A stretch of DNA of 64,000 nucleotides from Candidatus Calditenuaceae archaeon HR02 (GTDB lineage: Archaea; Thermoproteota; Nitrososphaeria_A; Caldarchaeales; Calditenuaceae). The position numbers and the translations under genes are program-made. A model generated the notes under the pieces. It did not search any database, was not told where the DNA came from, and saw only the letters and a program-made list of their open reading frames with translations. The DNA is taken from positions 14,976-78,975 of the forward strand of contig BEHE01000010.1 in assembly GCA_002898395.1 (NCBI GenBank). Direction: 5' to 3'. The first letter of the stretch is position 1, and the number at the start of each line of letters is the position of its first letter. This document shows, piece after piece, positions 19,685 through 30,700 of the stretch.

Positions 19685-20066
19685 TACTTGAAGCATTCCC
19701 ATCTTCCTCACAGGGATAAGCTTAAACCCACCTAAATAATATCCACGTCTGTGCAAAGATACTTGGTCGAGAGATGGTTTCTAAAGTCAGAGGAATATTT
19801 TTAGAATTAGACCATGAGAGCATGCAATAGGGTAACAGTATAATGCGGTCAAAGACTTTCACGAATTAGAAAGTAATTAATTTTTGATTCTATGCTCCAT
19901 AAAAGGGCTACTTATCCAATAATCAATCACGTCCATCAGTATTTATGTCACTCGCTAAGTGTTCGTTAAGAGGCAGGCTGTTATAACAGTTGATCTGCCC
20001 ACAGTAGTGAGTGTTGCAACCTTTTGATAAGTTTTATATATGAGAAGATGAGTAGCATTTTCTGCT

Positions 20067-21587
20067 ATGTCCAGTCAAGAAGGAAGGGTCTCTAGGAGGG
20101 CGATGCTTGGTACAATCGGCGGTATTGTGGGTGGGTTGGCAATAGGTGCTGCAATAGGGTGGGTCACGAAGCCAGAGGTAGTCAGGACAGTGACACAGAC
20201 TGTAGGAGGTCCAGCTCAGACAGTAACTGCGACGGTTGAAAGAACGATAACGCAGTTAGTTACTGCCCCACCAAGAGAGAAAACCAAGGTAAGCGTTATA
20301 GCATTCGCCCAGGGTTTTGCTTGGCCAGAACTATTCGGCTCTGATGGCACGACTGAGACAAACTTGTTAAAGAGATTTGAGGCATCAGAAAACGTAGACG
20401 TCACTATTGAGTGGGGCGATGAATGGGCCGTAAGAGAAAAAGTAGCTGCGGATGTGATGGCTCAGGTGGGTAAGTACGACATAGTCCTGGTAGGAAGCGA
20501 TGGCGCTGTCCAAGCATACGGGTATGCTGGATACCTAGAACCACTTGATGAATATTTCACTAAGTATCCACAAGACTACTTTGACCCAAACGATGTCTAT
20601 CCATCATTCCTAGACGCCAATAGGATAGAGGGGACACTCTACGCCCTTCCATACTACTCATTCGGCCCAGGCGTCATATATAGGCGGGACATATTCGAAA
20701 AATATGATGCGGAACTTCCGAAAGAGAACTGGACTACCGATGATCTAGAAGCAGCTATGGAGAAGATACTTGAAGGACTTAGGGGTGATGGGATTACAGA
20801 TGTATATCCCCTCACAATGAGAGCAGGTCCTGGTGAGGAGCCAACACTTGACCTAGCAGGCTTCATCTACGCTTATGCTGGTTATCCAGCTTGGTTTGAA
20901 GGAGGCGTGATCTGGCCAGGTGAAATAAAGAATAGAAAAGCCAAGCCAATATTTGATTCGTCAGACTTCGAGGCCGGGTTCAGAGCCTTCACAGACTGGG
21001 CGAAGCGTTTCGGCCCACCAGGCATCTCTACTCATACATGGGTTGACATGATGAATACTTACGCGGTGGGGAAAGCCGCGATTCTGTTGCCATCGGCTAT
21101 TAATGGTTATGCAGCATTGGGAATAACTAAGGATGAAAATGTGAAGAAGAATTCTAAGTTTATGTTGACACCTTTCGGCCCCGGTAAGAAGAGGATAAAC
21201 AGTTATTGGACCTTTTCGCTAGGTATCAACAAATTCTCAAAGAATAAGGAAGCGGCGTGGCGTGTGCTTACCTACTTGACGGGGCGTAAGTCAATGGAAG
21301 CATTTGCGGAGAGGACTGGATGGCCCAATGTAACCATGAGGTCAGTTCTATACTCTTACCCTCTGATAAAGAAGTATGGAATTGAGGAGATTGAGCTTAA
21401 TGAGCGCTCAATATTGGAGAACCCCGCAATATATTTCCCTTACATCCCTGAGCTCGACCTATTCATGGATAAGATAGGAACGATGGCCTCAGAGGTAGTA
21501 GCGGGGGCAAAGACAGTTGAGTCCGCGTTATCAGAACTGCAGAAGTGGGCTACCGAGTTAATGACTAGCCGGGGATACTACGGCTAG
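20067..21587 (+). CDS. sugar-type ABC transporter substrate-binding protein (Tat signal, Thr-rich linker)
   Basis: VSRRAML + TM helix + T-rich linker; GYLEPLD, LYALPY, YRRDIF. Confidence 0.85.
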   Translation: MSSQEGRVSRRAMLGTIGGIVGGLAIGAAIGWVTKPEVVRTVTQTVGGPAQTVTATVERTITQLVTAPPREKTKVSVIAFAQGFAWPELFGSDGTTETNLLKRFEASENVDVTIEWGDEWAVREKVAADVMAQVGKYDIVLVGSDGAVQAYGYAGYLEPLDEYFTKYPQDYFDPNDVYPSFLDANRIEGTLYALPYYSFGPGVIYRRDIFEKYDAELPKENWTTDDLEAAMEKILEGLRGDGITDVYPLTMRAGPGEEPTLDLAGFIYAYAGYPAWFEGGVIWPGEIKNRKAKPIFDSSDFEAGFRAFTDWAKRFGPPGISTHTWVDMMNTYAVGKAAILLPSAINGYAALGITKDENVKKNSKFMLTPFGPGKKRINSYWTFSLGINKFSKNKEAAWRVLTYLTGRKSMEAFAERTGWPNVTMRSVLYSYPLIKKYGIEEIELNERSILENPAIYFPYIPELDLFMDKIGTMASEVVAGAKTVESALSELQKWATELMTSRGYYG

Positions 21588-21627
21588 TGGACGTAAAGAT
21601 ATTTAGGTAATTTTTAATTATCCTTGA

Positions 21628-22491
21628 TTGGTGTTAAGACAATTGAGAGAAGAATACAAGTTACTATTGCCCGCAGTGGGAGTGTTAGCGTTCCTCGTTG
21701 CAGCTCCTACATTCTATCTGTTTTACACGAGTCTACTAAGATGGTTTCTGAGAGACCCAGCCGGACCAATATTTGTGGGGGTTGAGAACTATATTAGACT
21801 AATACAGTCTGCAGACTTCTCAACTTCACTAATCGTGACTTTAATATTTAGCTCTGCATCAGTAGTCTGTTCTTTGATGCTGGGGCTTGGACTAGCATTA
21901 TTATTTAGTGAGAATGTACGCGGCAAAAGAGTTATGAGGACTATCATTGTCTTACCCATCGTTCTCCCACCAGTGGTGGTAGGATTTACATGGAAGTTCC
22001 TTCTGAGCAGTGAGGTAGGAGTTATAGGTGCATACTTCATACGGCTGATAGGCTTAGGGAACTTTAGCCTCCTTGGTGACCCGCAACTAGCACTGGCATC
22101 CGTAATCATTGCAGACATTTGGGGAAAAACGCCTCTACCATTTCTGATTTTCTTGGCCGGTCTTGCTGGAATACCACCAGTATTTTATGAATCAGCTAAG
22201 ATAGATGGCGCTGGCGGATGGCAAACTTTTCGTTCCATCACACTTCCGAACCTGAAAAAACCATTAGTAGTAGCTGCAATCCTAAGGACAATAGACGCGT
22301 TTAACAGCTTCGATGTAATATTTGTGATGACGAAAGGTGGGCCCGGAATGGCGACGCATACTTTACCAATGCTGGGCTGGAAGATTGGTTTTTATTATTT
22401 TGATGTGGGGACAGCCTCTGCTATCGGAGTGATATTGCTGTTGATTGTCATGTTTCTGAGTATGCCGCTAATTAGGTCCATTAGTAGGTGA
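21628..22491 (+). CDS. carbohydrate ABC transporter permease
   Basis: FVGVENY, EAA loop YESAKIDGA, MTKGGPG. Confidence 0.9.
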   Translation: MVLRQLREEYKLLLPAVGVLAFLVAAPTFYLFYTSLLRWFLRDPAGPIFVGVENYIRLIQSADFSTSLIVTLIFSSASVVCSLMLGLGLALLFSENVRGKRVMRTIIVLPIVLPPVVVGFTWKFLLSSEVGVIGAYFIRLIGLGNFSLLGDPQLALASVIIADIWGKTPLPFLIFLAGLAGIPPVFYESAKIDGAGGWQTFRSITLPNLKKPLVVAAILRTIDAFNSFDVIFVMTKGGPGMATHTLPMLGWKIGFYYFDVGTASAIGVILLLIVMFLSMPLIRSISR

Positions 22492-23321
22492 GTGTTATGC
22501 GGGGCGACTTAATTAGGTCAATCCTTTTACATACGTTGGCAATTATAGCGTGCATATTAATTGTTTTTCCGATAGCCTGGCTAGTAATCTCTTCATTTAA
22601 GACTATGTATCAAATATTCCAGATTCCGCCTCCACTGATATTTGAGCCCACGCTCGATAATTATCGAAGACTCTTTTTTGGTGGACAGCTAATGAACGCA
22701 TTCTTCAATAGCTTAATTATCTCAGCCATAACAGTAATAGTATCGTTAGTTTTAGCGATTCCCGCCTCATATTCCTTATCAAGGCTGAATAATGCTGTAG
22801 GAAGGAATATAGGATTTTGGATCCTCTCAGTACGGATGGCCCCCTCATTTGCAGTAATAGTCCCATACTTTATAATCATGTACCACTTAAAGCTCATCGA
22901 TACAATATGGGCTGTCGCAGTCACATATCTAGTCTTCGCTATACCCTTCTCCACGTGGTTGCTAAAAATCACCTTTGAAGAGCTTCCGAGGGAGCTCGAG
23001 GAATCGGCCCTCGTAGACGGAGCTACAAAGGCAGCGGCGCTTATGAGAATTATTCTTCCAAACGCCGTACCAATGATAGCTTCAGTAAGCATACTTACAT
23101 TTGTACTCGCATGGAACGAATTCCTGATGGCATTTATCTTAACTTCAAGGGACGCGAGGACAGTTCCTGTACTAATAACAGCGCTATCAGGAACACATAA
23201 ACTAGATTGGCCAATAATGGCCGCTATAACTACCATTTCAATGATACCTGCATTCATATTCATAACATTCGTGCAAAGATATTTGGTTAAGGGCCTTACG
23301 ATGGGTTCGCTGAAGTCATAA
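22488..23321 (+). CDS. carbohydrate ABC transporter permease
   Basis: PTLDNY, LEESALVDGA, AWNEFL. Confidence 0.9.
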   Translation: MSVMRGDLIRSILLHTLAIIACILIVFPIAWLVISSFKTMYQIFQIPPPLIFEPTLDNYRRLFFGGQLMNAFFNSLIISAITVIVSLVLAIPASYSLSRLNNAVGRNIGFWILSVRMAPSFAVIVPYFIIMYHLKLIDTIWAVAVTYLVFAIPFSTWLLKITFEELPRELEESALVDGATKAAALMRIILPNAVPMIASVSILTFVLAWNEFLMAFILTSRDARTVPVLITALSGTHKLDWPIMAAITTISMIPAFIFITFVQRYLVKGLTMGSLKS

Positions 23322-23505
23322 CCATACTGGAATAATACCTCATGTTATGTCCAATCAGGGGATGCTTACGTAGCCTGAAATAATAAATGAGGTGGGTTGC
23401 TAGATGATATTAGTGTGAGATTGCCGCAATTAATTTTACCGCACTATTATGTGGTTATTGTCCTACACTTTTTGCTAAACTTTCTTGCCTTTATATATTG
23501 GGTAA

Positions 23506-24591
23506 TTACATGTTTAGTATAGTGCAACTGTTAAACCCAATAACAATCTCCTTGCCCTTAGAGTCTAGAAAGTTGAATCGTTCAGAGCCGTATGTGTCTA
23601 CCTTTAGTACCAGCCCATTAATGTTTATGTTTAATCTTACAATTGTTCCAATGAAGATGGCATCTTCAATAGTGCCCTTAAAAGAATTTAGATAACTTTC
23701 CTGATCATTAGGGTTAATCACTTTTATGTCTTCTGGTCTTATGCTGATGAAGTATCTCTTCCGCTTGTCTAGGATGCTTGGATGCCTGACTTTTATCTCT
23801 AGTCCAGCAGCCTCAAGTGTCGCGATACCACTCTTCTCGTCATAATCCTTTATGCTCGTCTCTATGAAGTTAGTTGTTCCTATGAATGCGGCGATGAAAG
23901 GTGTTCTAGGATTCATGTATATTTCAAGCGGTGTTCCTTCTTGTTCGATTCTCCCATTGTTCATGACGTAGATTCTGTCGGATATCGCGAAAGCCTCAGC
24001 CTGGTCGTGGGTCACGTATATCAACGTCTTCCTAGTCTCTCTTTGTATCCTTCTAATCTCGTACTTCAGCTCGTCCTTGAGCTTAGCGTCTATGTTGCTG
24101 AGAGGCTCGTCAAAGAGGAGGACCGCGGGATCAGTGGCCAGGACTCGCGCAATTTCCACCCTTTGGGCTTGACCACCGCTTAGCTGGGAGGGCATTCTAT
24201 CCTCATACCCTTCCATGTGTACCAGCCGCAGAGCTTCCTTTACTTTTTCCTTAATCATACTTTTTGGCATTTTCCTCATTTCTAGCCCAAAAGCAACATT
24301 CTTGTATACATTCATGTGAGGAAACAGAGCTACCCGTTGAAAGACGAATCCTATGTTCCTCTTGTCCGGAGGAAGAGAAGTGACATCTTTCTCGTCAAAA
24401 AATATTCGCCCCCCATCAGGCGGTATGAGGCCCGCGAGTATACGCAGTGTTGTGGATTTGCCACAACCACTTGGACCAAGAATGGTTACTAACTCGCCTT
24501 CTCGTGCCCTGAGAGTAACCCTATCTACAGCAACGAATGAGCCATATCTCTTGACGAGATCTATGGCCTCCACTCTCGTCATAAACTCCAC
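23506..24591 (-). CDS. ABC transporter ATP-binding protein (PotA/MalK type)
   Basis: GPSGCGKS, LSGGQAQR, DEPLSN, YVTHDQ; TOBE-like tail. Confidence 0.93.
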   Translation of the reverse strand: MEFMTRVEAIDLVKRYGSFVAVDRVTLRAREGELVTILGPSGCGKSTTLRILAGLIPPDGGRIFFDEKDVTSLPPDKRNIGFVFQRVALFPHMNVYKNVAFGLEMRKMPKSMIKEKVKEALRLVHMEGYEDRMPSQLSGGQAQRVEIARVLATDPAVLLFDEPLSNIDAKLKDELKYEIRRIQRETRKTLIYVTHDQAEAFAISDRIYVMNNGRIEQEGTPLEIYMNPRTPFIAAFIGTTNFIETSIKDYDEKSGIATLEAAGLEIKVRHPSILDKRKRYFISIRPEDIKVINPNDQESYLNSFKGTIEDAIFIGTIVRLNININGLVLKVDTYGSERFNFLDSKGKEIVIGFNSCTILNM

Positions 24592-24596
24592 CCAGA

Positions 24597-25409
24597 TTAG
24601 ATCATTATGGCCCCCCTCAAATATTTTGTGCCAAAGAATTTTAGATAGAGAACTACGATGGCGAGTGATACTAGTTGGAGGACAGTCGCCTCTGCGGCAA
24701 CGAATGGCTGAATCCCTGCATGTCTAATGTCGCTGAAAACCTGTAGCGGAGCAGTCTTGACCCTTGTTGGACCGGATAATAACAGGGCAGTGATAAATTC
24801 ATTCAACGATAATACCAGGATGAGGACAACACCAGCGGTAATGCCAGGGCCAACCAAGGGTAATGTTACTTTGAAGAAGGTTTTCAGTCTTCCAGCCCCA
24901 AGACACCTAGCCGCCTCTTCATAAACAGGGTCAAGATTCCTGAAGGCTACTATCGCGGTTAAGAGCGCTAAAAGCATGAAGCCGGTGGAATATGCAACTA
25001 CAAATCCCCAGAATCCTAAGAGGAATTTATAGACAAAGTAATAACTTAGAACAAGTGCGAGACCATATGATATGCCAGGAACGTACCAGACGCCGTTAAG
25101 ATACGTGAAGAGCAGCCTCTTAGCCTTAAATTCATATTTCACAAGGGCATAGGCCGCTGGGACGGCTACAGCAACATCTATCGCAACGGTAAGCAACGAA
25201 ATTGAAACATTTACTAGCACCTTGTCCCAGAATGCTTCAGATATCATTGTGTAGGATTGGAATGATATTGTCATGCTGCCGTCAGGCCTGGTGACGACAA
25301 CGGCCCTATAGAGAGTTATGGACAGGGGGAGGAGTATCGCTGTGCAAATGAGGATAAGGTAAAGATAAGATAGAGTGGATGAAAGTCTTTCATGCATTCT
25401 TCTGCTCAT
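24597..25409 (-). CDS. ABC permease (PotC-like)
   Basis: YEEAARCLGA, TLPLVGPG, SLNEF. Confidence 0.88.
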   Translation of the reverse strand: MSRRMHERLSSTLSYLYLILICTAILLPLSITLYRAVVVTRPDGSMTISFQSYTMISEAFWDKVLVNVSISLLTVAIDVAVAVPAAYALVKYEFKAKRLLFTYLNGVWYVPGISYGLALVLSYYFVYKFLLGFWGFVVAYSTGFMLLALLTAIVAFRNLDPVYEEAARCLGAGRLKTFFKVTLPLVGPGITAGVVLILVLSLNEFITALLLSGPTRVKTAPLQVFSDIRHAGIQPFVAAEATVLQLVSLAIVVLYLKFFGTKYLRGAIMI

Positions 25410-26251
25410 CAGACCAGAACACCTCGGCTTAACTTAACCACAACGTAGAAGACAACCATAGTTATTGCTACGACCATGACGCCAATAGCAGCGCCCATTC
25501 CGAAGTCGGACGTTACTAGGCTTGTTGTCCATATCTGGTTGGATAAGACTCTGGTTCCAAGTATTGGTCCACCGAGAAGTACAGGTATGGCAAGGGTGCC
25601 AAGATTCCATCCAAAGCTTGTTAGCCAGCCAGTTATTATTCCGGGAAGACTTAGCGGTAGGGTCACCCTCATAAAAGTCTTCAGTCTACTAGCCCCTAGG
25701 CATCTTGCAGCCTCTTCATATGAGCGGTCTATCCCTTGTAGTGATATGCCAATGTTGTATACCGCGAATGGTAAGGTATAAAGTGACATTCCAAATATAG
25801 CCATAGGGGCTGAGTATAGGACATCTAGAGGTGATATGCCGAGGGCGTCAAGGAGGCGGGAGACAGGCCCGCCAGGAAGGATTAGATATAGGAGACCGTA
25901 AGCTATGTAGAGCTCGCCGAAGAGGGGTATAATTAGTATCGCCCTGAATACATCTGCAAACCGTGTGACTTTGCGTAGAAGTATATATGCAAATGGATAG
26001 CCTATTATTATATCTATTACACCAGCTGTACCGGCCAAGAAAAATGTGTTCTGAAAATCTATCCTATATATTCTAAACATCTTGACATAATTGTCAAAGG
26101 TATAGATAGGTGAAAAGAAGAATGAATCTCTGATTGTAAAGCTCACAATTAAGATCATGAAAAGCGGCAAAAAGAAAAAGAGGGATTGGAGAGCGATAGC
26201 AGGGGTTACCAGAGGAAGCGTTACCCATCTACGTCCCACAGACGGCATCAC
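25409..26251 (-). CDS. ABC permease (PotB-like)
   Basis: GYPFAY, YEEAARCLGA, TLPLSLPG, PVLLGG. Confidence 0.88.
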   Translation of the reverse strand: MMPSVGRRWVTLPLVTPAIALQSLFFFLPLFMILIVSFTIRDSFFFSPIYTFDNYVKMFRIYRIDFQNTFFLAGTAGVIDIIIGYPFAYILLRKVTRFADVFRAILIIPLFGELYIAYGLLYLILPGGPVSRLLDALGISPLDVLYSAPMAIFGMSLYTLPFAVYNIGISLQGIDRSYEEAARCLGASRLKTFMRVTLPLSLPGIITGWLTSFGWNLGTLAIPVLLGGPILGTRVLSNQIWTTSLVTSDFGMGAAIGVMVVAITMVVFYVVVKLSRGVLV

Positions 26252-26263
26252 CTATTGTATTTT

Positions 26264-27577
26264 TCAGGCGCCTATCAATTCTTTATAAATGTTAATCCAT
26301 TCTGGAGCATGTTCGTTCACATATAGCCAATCAATCTTCGGGAATTTTCGAGCTTCCTCAATGGTGGGAAAGACTTCATATATGCCTTTGGGTCCAAGAG
26401 CGTTTACCCAATCAGGCACGTATTGCTCATAGTCAGGGCCCAGAGGTCCTTCTTCTGTTCTTAACCAGAGTTCTTTCGTGTATTGTTTGTATTTGTTTAT
26501 GTCGGGGAGTTGGTGCAATGGGCTAATTAACCAATCAGCAGCCACTTGTGCGAGGAGAGGATGCTCAACGTCTTTTGGAATCCATAGCACCCCCGGCAGG
26601 TTCGGGTGTTGGCTGTTAAACTTCCAAGGTAAAACTTGACTTCCCTTAAGCTCGGGTCGAGTTATAGAGTACCCTTCCCCTAAGGCGCACCAGTATGCAG
26701 AAACCCAACTTATGTCTCTGCCAAGCAGCTCATCTAATTCGGCTTCATCGCTGGTGTACTTTAAAACATTGGGGTGCACATTCTCTGCCACCCACTTAAG
26801 GACTTCTCTCATCTCTTCTGGGTTCTTATAATTCTTGCCCAGCTCTTGTGCCATTACGACAAGCCATCCCCAGAAGCCATTGTCCTCGAATACCCATAAC
26901 GTTATTTTTCCTTCGAGCCTCTTGTCTGCCAGCGCACGCCAGGAATTGAACCAATCTCCAACCTGCTTTGTGTTTACTGTGAAATTCGCGAGAGCATGTT
27001 GCTGAAACTGTATTCCGTATGGTAGCTTTAAGAAGTAATAGTCAACCATTGCCGCATTTGGCACTAGTGGTGATGGTAGGAAGGGCATAGCTATTCCCTT
27101 TGCCACAGCTTCTTCAAAGAAATTTTCTTCGATGTGCATTATATCATATGGTGCTTTAAGACCTGCTGAGTACGCTGAATAAAGCTGGAACATGAATCCG
27201 CCCTTAGCCTCTTGGGTTCCCAGAATATCGATATCTACATTAACATCGTACATCATAGCCACATAGTCCTTAAACTCTTGGACAAAGGCTGTATCAACCA
27301 GGCCCCAGTATGTCCAATTGGCTACTGTAAGCTTTCCCTCGCTCGCTAATGAGTCTTGGACCTCTTTAAAGGTCATATACTTGTTCACGATTGGTATCCA
27401 CCGCTTTCCCTCCCAGCCTTTTTTAGCAACAGGCACCTCAACCTCCGTTGTTACTATTTGGGTGATCCTTTGTGGGAAGGCCAATGAACCAAGGGCAGCA
27501 CCGACGACTAATCCACCGACCGTCCCTGCGACGGTTCCTAGAAATGCGCGTCTATTTGACTTTGGTTTTTCGGCCAT
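26264..27577 (-). CDS. ABC substrate-binding protein (PotD-like fold, Tat signal)
   Basis: SNRRAFL + TM; EGKLTVANW; HPLLAQVAADWLISP; first gene of a Pot-like operon. Confidence 0.75.
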   Translation of the reverse strand: MAEKPKSNRRAFLGTVAGTVGGLVVGAALGSLAFPQRITQIVTTEVEVPVAKKGWEGKRWIPIVNKYMTFKEVQDSLASEGKLTVANWTYWGLVDTAFVQEFKDYVAMMYDVNVDIDILGTQEAKGGFMFQLYSAYSAGLKAPYDIMHIEENFFEEAVAKGIAMPFLPSPLVPNAAMVDYYFLKLPYGIQFQQHALANFTVNTKQVGDWFNSWRALADKRLEGKITLWVFEDNGFWGWLVVMAQELGKNYKNPEEMREVLKWVAENVHPNVLKYTSDEAELDELLGRDISWVSAYWCALGEGYSITRPELKGSQVLPWKFNSQHPNLPGVLWIPKDVEHPLLAQVAADWLISPLHQLPDINKYKQYTKELWLRTEEGPLGPDYEQYVPDWVNALGPKGIYEVFPTIEEARKFPKIDWLYVNEHAPEWINIYKELIGA

Positions 27578-27815
27578 TTTCGAAATTGTAGAGATGGTAG
27601 CAGCATATAAATTTTAACTACTAAGCTCTAATTGCTTTACTCAAAGCTAGCTATTTTGAGGAGGTAGTAGCTGTCCGGTCTGTCTGCATCCGCTCGGAAA
27701 GCCCAGACTTGTGCTGCTCAAGGATATCTCAAACCTTTCTACTTACACGCTTCTAAAGGAGACGTCATAACTCGAAGACCGCCTCGCCTCTGAAGCTGAT
27801 AAATAGTTTGTATGT

Positions 27816-28247
27816 TTATTGCGGCTGTCTACTCCATATTAAATGGATGAGACCTAGAACTATTGGAGTCAGCCCGGACAGCAGACCTAGGGCATACATC
27901 GCTACTAAGTTGAAACTGAATAGCCACCTCCACATGATCAGCATGATGAGTGTAGTCGTCACAACACCAGAGGATATCAAAAGAATCCCTACATAGCGTT
28001 TTGAACCTACGCTAGTCAGTAAGAATAAGGACGTTGAAGCTGCTTGCAACAGAAATCCGGTAACCCAGAGAGCTAGATATGGATGGGGGAGCAGGAGGGT
28101 CTGGAGCAAGGTGAGGTCGCCGAATAGGACTGATTGGCGCCCTTTTAAACCCATAGATGAGAAGGGCAGATTAACCCAAACCCAGTTTACAGCCAGCGAT
28201 GAGATGGAGCCAGCAAATAAAATCAGTCTAATGGCTCTCCCCATCAA
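27816..28247 (-). CDS. hypothetical membrane protein
   Basis: 143 aa with about 4 hydrophobic helices. Confidence 0.5.
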   Translation of the reverse strand: MMGRAIRLILFAGSISSLAVNWVWVNLPFSSMGLKGRQSVLFGDLTLLQTLLLPHPYLALWVTGFLLQAASTSLFLLTSVGSKRYVGILLISSGVVTTTLIMLIMWRWLFSFNLVAMYALGLLSGLTPIVLGLIHLIWSRQPQ

Positions 28248-28426
28248 AGTCAGAAAACAGACCTTATGCTAAAAACCTTTACAAAAATTCTTTCAAATGC
28301 TCACAGGCATAATACACAGAACCTGAAATATGCATTCCCAGGCGGGAATCTTATGGGGACAGAACATGGAATCAGCTATTATTACGTTGGCTTGAAGCGT
28401 ACTCATTTCTTTTTATATACCTCCAG

Positions 28427-29572
28427 TTGTATGAAAATCCCGTGAAGGTTGAGGAATTAGCAGCCCAACTAGTATCTTTCCCAACCGAGATGCCGCCGGG
28501 GAATGAGGAAGAGTGCGCAGCATATCTCAGAGACTATTTCAACGACTTGCATATAGAAGGGAGCGTGGTTGAAATGCATAGGTTTGCTGATAAGAGAGCA
28601 AACCTTGTTGTTCGTATCGGTCCTTCAGGCAAGGCAGGGCTTCTCTTATCTGGGCATCTTGATGTCGTTCCGGCTGGTGATCCGACTTTATGGGACACCC
28701 CGGCCTTTGAACCTAAAATCCGCGAGGGACGACTCTATGGAAGAGGAGCTGCCGACATGAAGGGGGGAGTAGCCGCCATGGTTAAAGCTATTGAGACTTT
28801 CAAGAACAAAGAATTGGAGCGTGGAATAATCTTCGTGGCCACAGCTGGCGAGGAAATGGGCTTCGACGGGCTCAAGGCTCTCATCAGAGACGGAAAACTG
28901 AAGGATAATGATGCGCTTTATGGGGTTATTGGGGAGCCAACAGAGCTACGCCCAGTCAGGGCCCATAAGGGAGGCACAATATTCAAGATAACTTTTCATG
29001 GGCGTAGCGCCCACTCAAGCAGGCCCGACCTAGGCATAAACGCCATAGAGAACGCTGCGCATTTCATAGTAGAGTTGATAAATATGAGGAAGAGACTAGG
29101 CGAAATACAGGATCCTGATCTCGGGGCGTCAGTACTCTCCACAACAATTATCGAAGGTGGGATAAAAGAAAACGTAATACCGGAAAGCTGCCAAGTGGTC
29201 GTTGACTGCCGCAGAATCCCATCACACAGCAGAGAATATATCTACTCAAAGCTCGAAGAATTAGCGTCAAGCCTCAGAGAAAGACTCCCCACCCTCCAGT
29301 TAACTATAGCGGAGATACTCAGCTACGACCCACTCAACACGCCGATAGACCACCCACTCGTTAAGCTATGCGAAGAAATTACAGGCCAAGCATCCGAAAC
29401 CGCCCCGTACGGCACAGAAGGCTCACTATACCAAAAATTGAATATACCCACAATAATACTCGGACCTGGAAGCGTAAAGCAAGCACACATTCCAAACGAG
29501 TATGTGGAGATAAAACAGCTCCACCAGGCACAATCACTTTACGAGGAACTCATAAGACGTATCTGCCTCTAA
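28427..29572 (+). CDS. M20 family metallopeptidase (ArgE/DapE-like)
   Basis: SGHLDVVP, GRGAADMKGG, GEE, GEPT, AHIPNEYV. Confidence 0.92.
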   Translation: MYENPVKVEELAAQLVSFPTEMPPGNEEECAAYLRDYFNDLHIEGSVVEMHRFADKRANLVVRIGPSGKAGLLLSGHLDVVPAGDPTLWDTPAFEPKIREGRLYGRGAADMKGGVAAMVKAIETFKNKELERGIIFVATAGEEMGFDGLKALIRDGKLKDNDALYGVIGEPTELRPVRAHKGGTIFKITFHGRSAHSSRPDLGINAIENAAHFIVELINMRKRLGEIQDPDLGASVLSTTIIEGGIKENVIPESCQVVVDCRRIPSHSREYIYSKLEELASSLRERLPTLQLTIAEILSYDPLNTPIDHPLVKLCEEITGQASETAPYGTEGSLYQKLNIPTIILGPGSVKQAHIPNEYVEIKQLHQAQSLYEELIRRICL

Positions 29573-29669
29573 ACTCGCATGCTACGCATAGCTAACAAAT
29601 AGCTAGGGGTAATTTTCTAGCTCAACTAACATTACAATCACGCCACTATACAACTTAAATACAACATTT

Positions 29670-30695
29670 GTGATGAGTGTTGGTGATTTGGAGGTAAATA
29701 GAGTTTCTTTAGGGTTTTATCCTACACCATTCCATCCAATGACTAACCTGTCCCGCCATCTTAAGGGTCCGCGGATATATGTAAAGAGAGATGATTTAAC
29801 TGGTCTAGCACTAGGAGGAAATAAGACGCGCATATTAGAGTACGTTTTAGGGGATGTCGTGAGTAGGGGTGCCGATGTGGTGATTGCCACATCGGGGGTC
29901 CAATCTAATTGGGCTAGACAAATCACTGCAGCGGCAAGAATTCTTGGAATTAAGCCCGTATTAGTCCTAAGAACTGCTCAGTTTACAGGCACAAGTATTG
30001 ACTATACTGGGAACCTACTTCTTGACTATTTGATGGGGGCGGATGCGCGAATAGTTGAGGCCTCAATAAGGGATAACATTTTAAGGGAGATGGAGAAGGT
30101 CGCGGACGAGTATAGAGCTATGGGACATAATCCTGCAATAATCACCGATGAACCCGCGGTCGGGGTGTTAGGATATTATGATTGTGCACGAGAAATAATA
30201 GAGCAGTCGGAAAAGCTAGGCATAGAGGTTGATTATGTGGTGCACGCCACTAGTGGTGGGCCGACGCAGGCAGGGTTAATCCTTGGATTCTCAGCCGCGG
30301 GCAAAAGAACTAAAGTTATAGGGGTAAATTCCGCAGCATATGACAGGGCCACAACAGCATCTAGGATACGCAACTTTATAGAGAAAGGGGCCGAGCTTAT
30401 TAATTTAGATAAGGAGAAGCTATCTAGTATCGCTGTAGAAGTACTAGATGGGTATGGCGATTATGGTGAAGCTACTGAGGAGGTCATTGACGCCATACTA
30501 CTAACAGCGAGGCTCGAAGGAATAATTCTCGACCCTGTATACTCTGGGAAAGCCATGGCCGGCCTAATCGATATGATCCAGCAGAGGCAGATTGACAATG
30601 ACGCTAACGTGGTTTTCATACATACTGGAGGCATACCCGCTGTATTCGCATATAAAGAACTATTGTTCAAAAAGATTCAAAGCCTGCCCCAATAA
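29670..30695 (+). CDS. D-cysteine desulfhydrase family PLP enzyme
   Basis: VKRDDL..GGNK, QSNW, LDPVYSGKA, FIHTGG; Ser (not Glu) at the ACC-deaminase diagnostic site. Confidence 0.88.
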   Translation: MMSVGDLEVNRVSLGFYPTPFHPMTNLSRHLKGPRIYVKRDDLTGLALGGNKTRILEYVLGDVVSRGADVVIATSGVQSNWARQITAAARILGIKPVLVLRTAQFTGTSIDYTGNLLLDYLMGADARIVEASIRDNILREMEKVADEYRAMGHNPAIITDEPAVGVLGYYDCAREIIEQSEKLGIEVDYVVHATSGGPTQAGLILGFSAAGKRTKVIGVNSAAYDRATTASRIRNFIEKGAELINLDKEKLSSIAVEVLDGYGDYGEATEEVIDAILLTARLEGIILDPVYSGKAMAGLIDMIQQRQIDNDANVVFIHTGGIPAVFAYKELLFKKIQSLPQ

Positions 30696-30700
30696 TATCC

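Noticed and set aside
29670-30695. ACC deaminase
   Set aside because: DPVYSGK and HTGG lack the Glu and Leu diagnostic of ACC deaminases.
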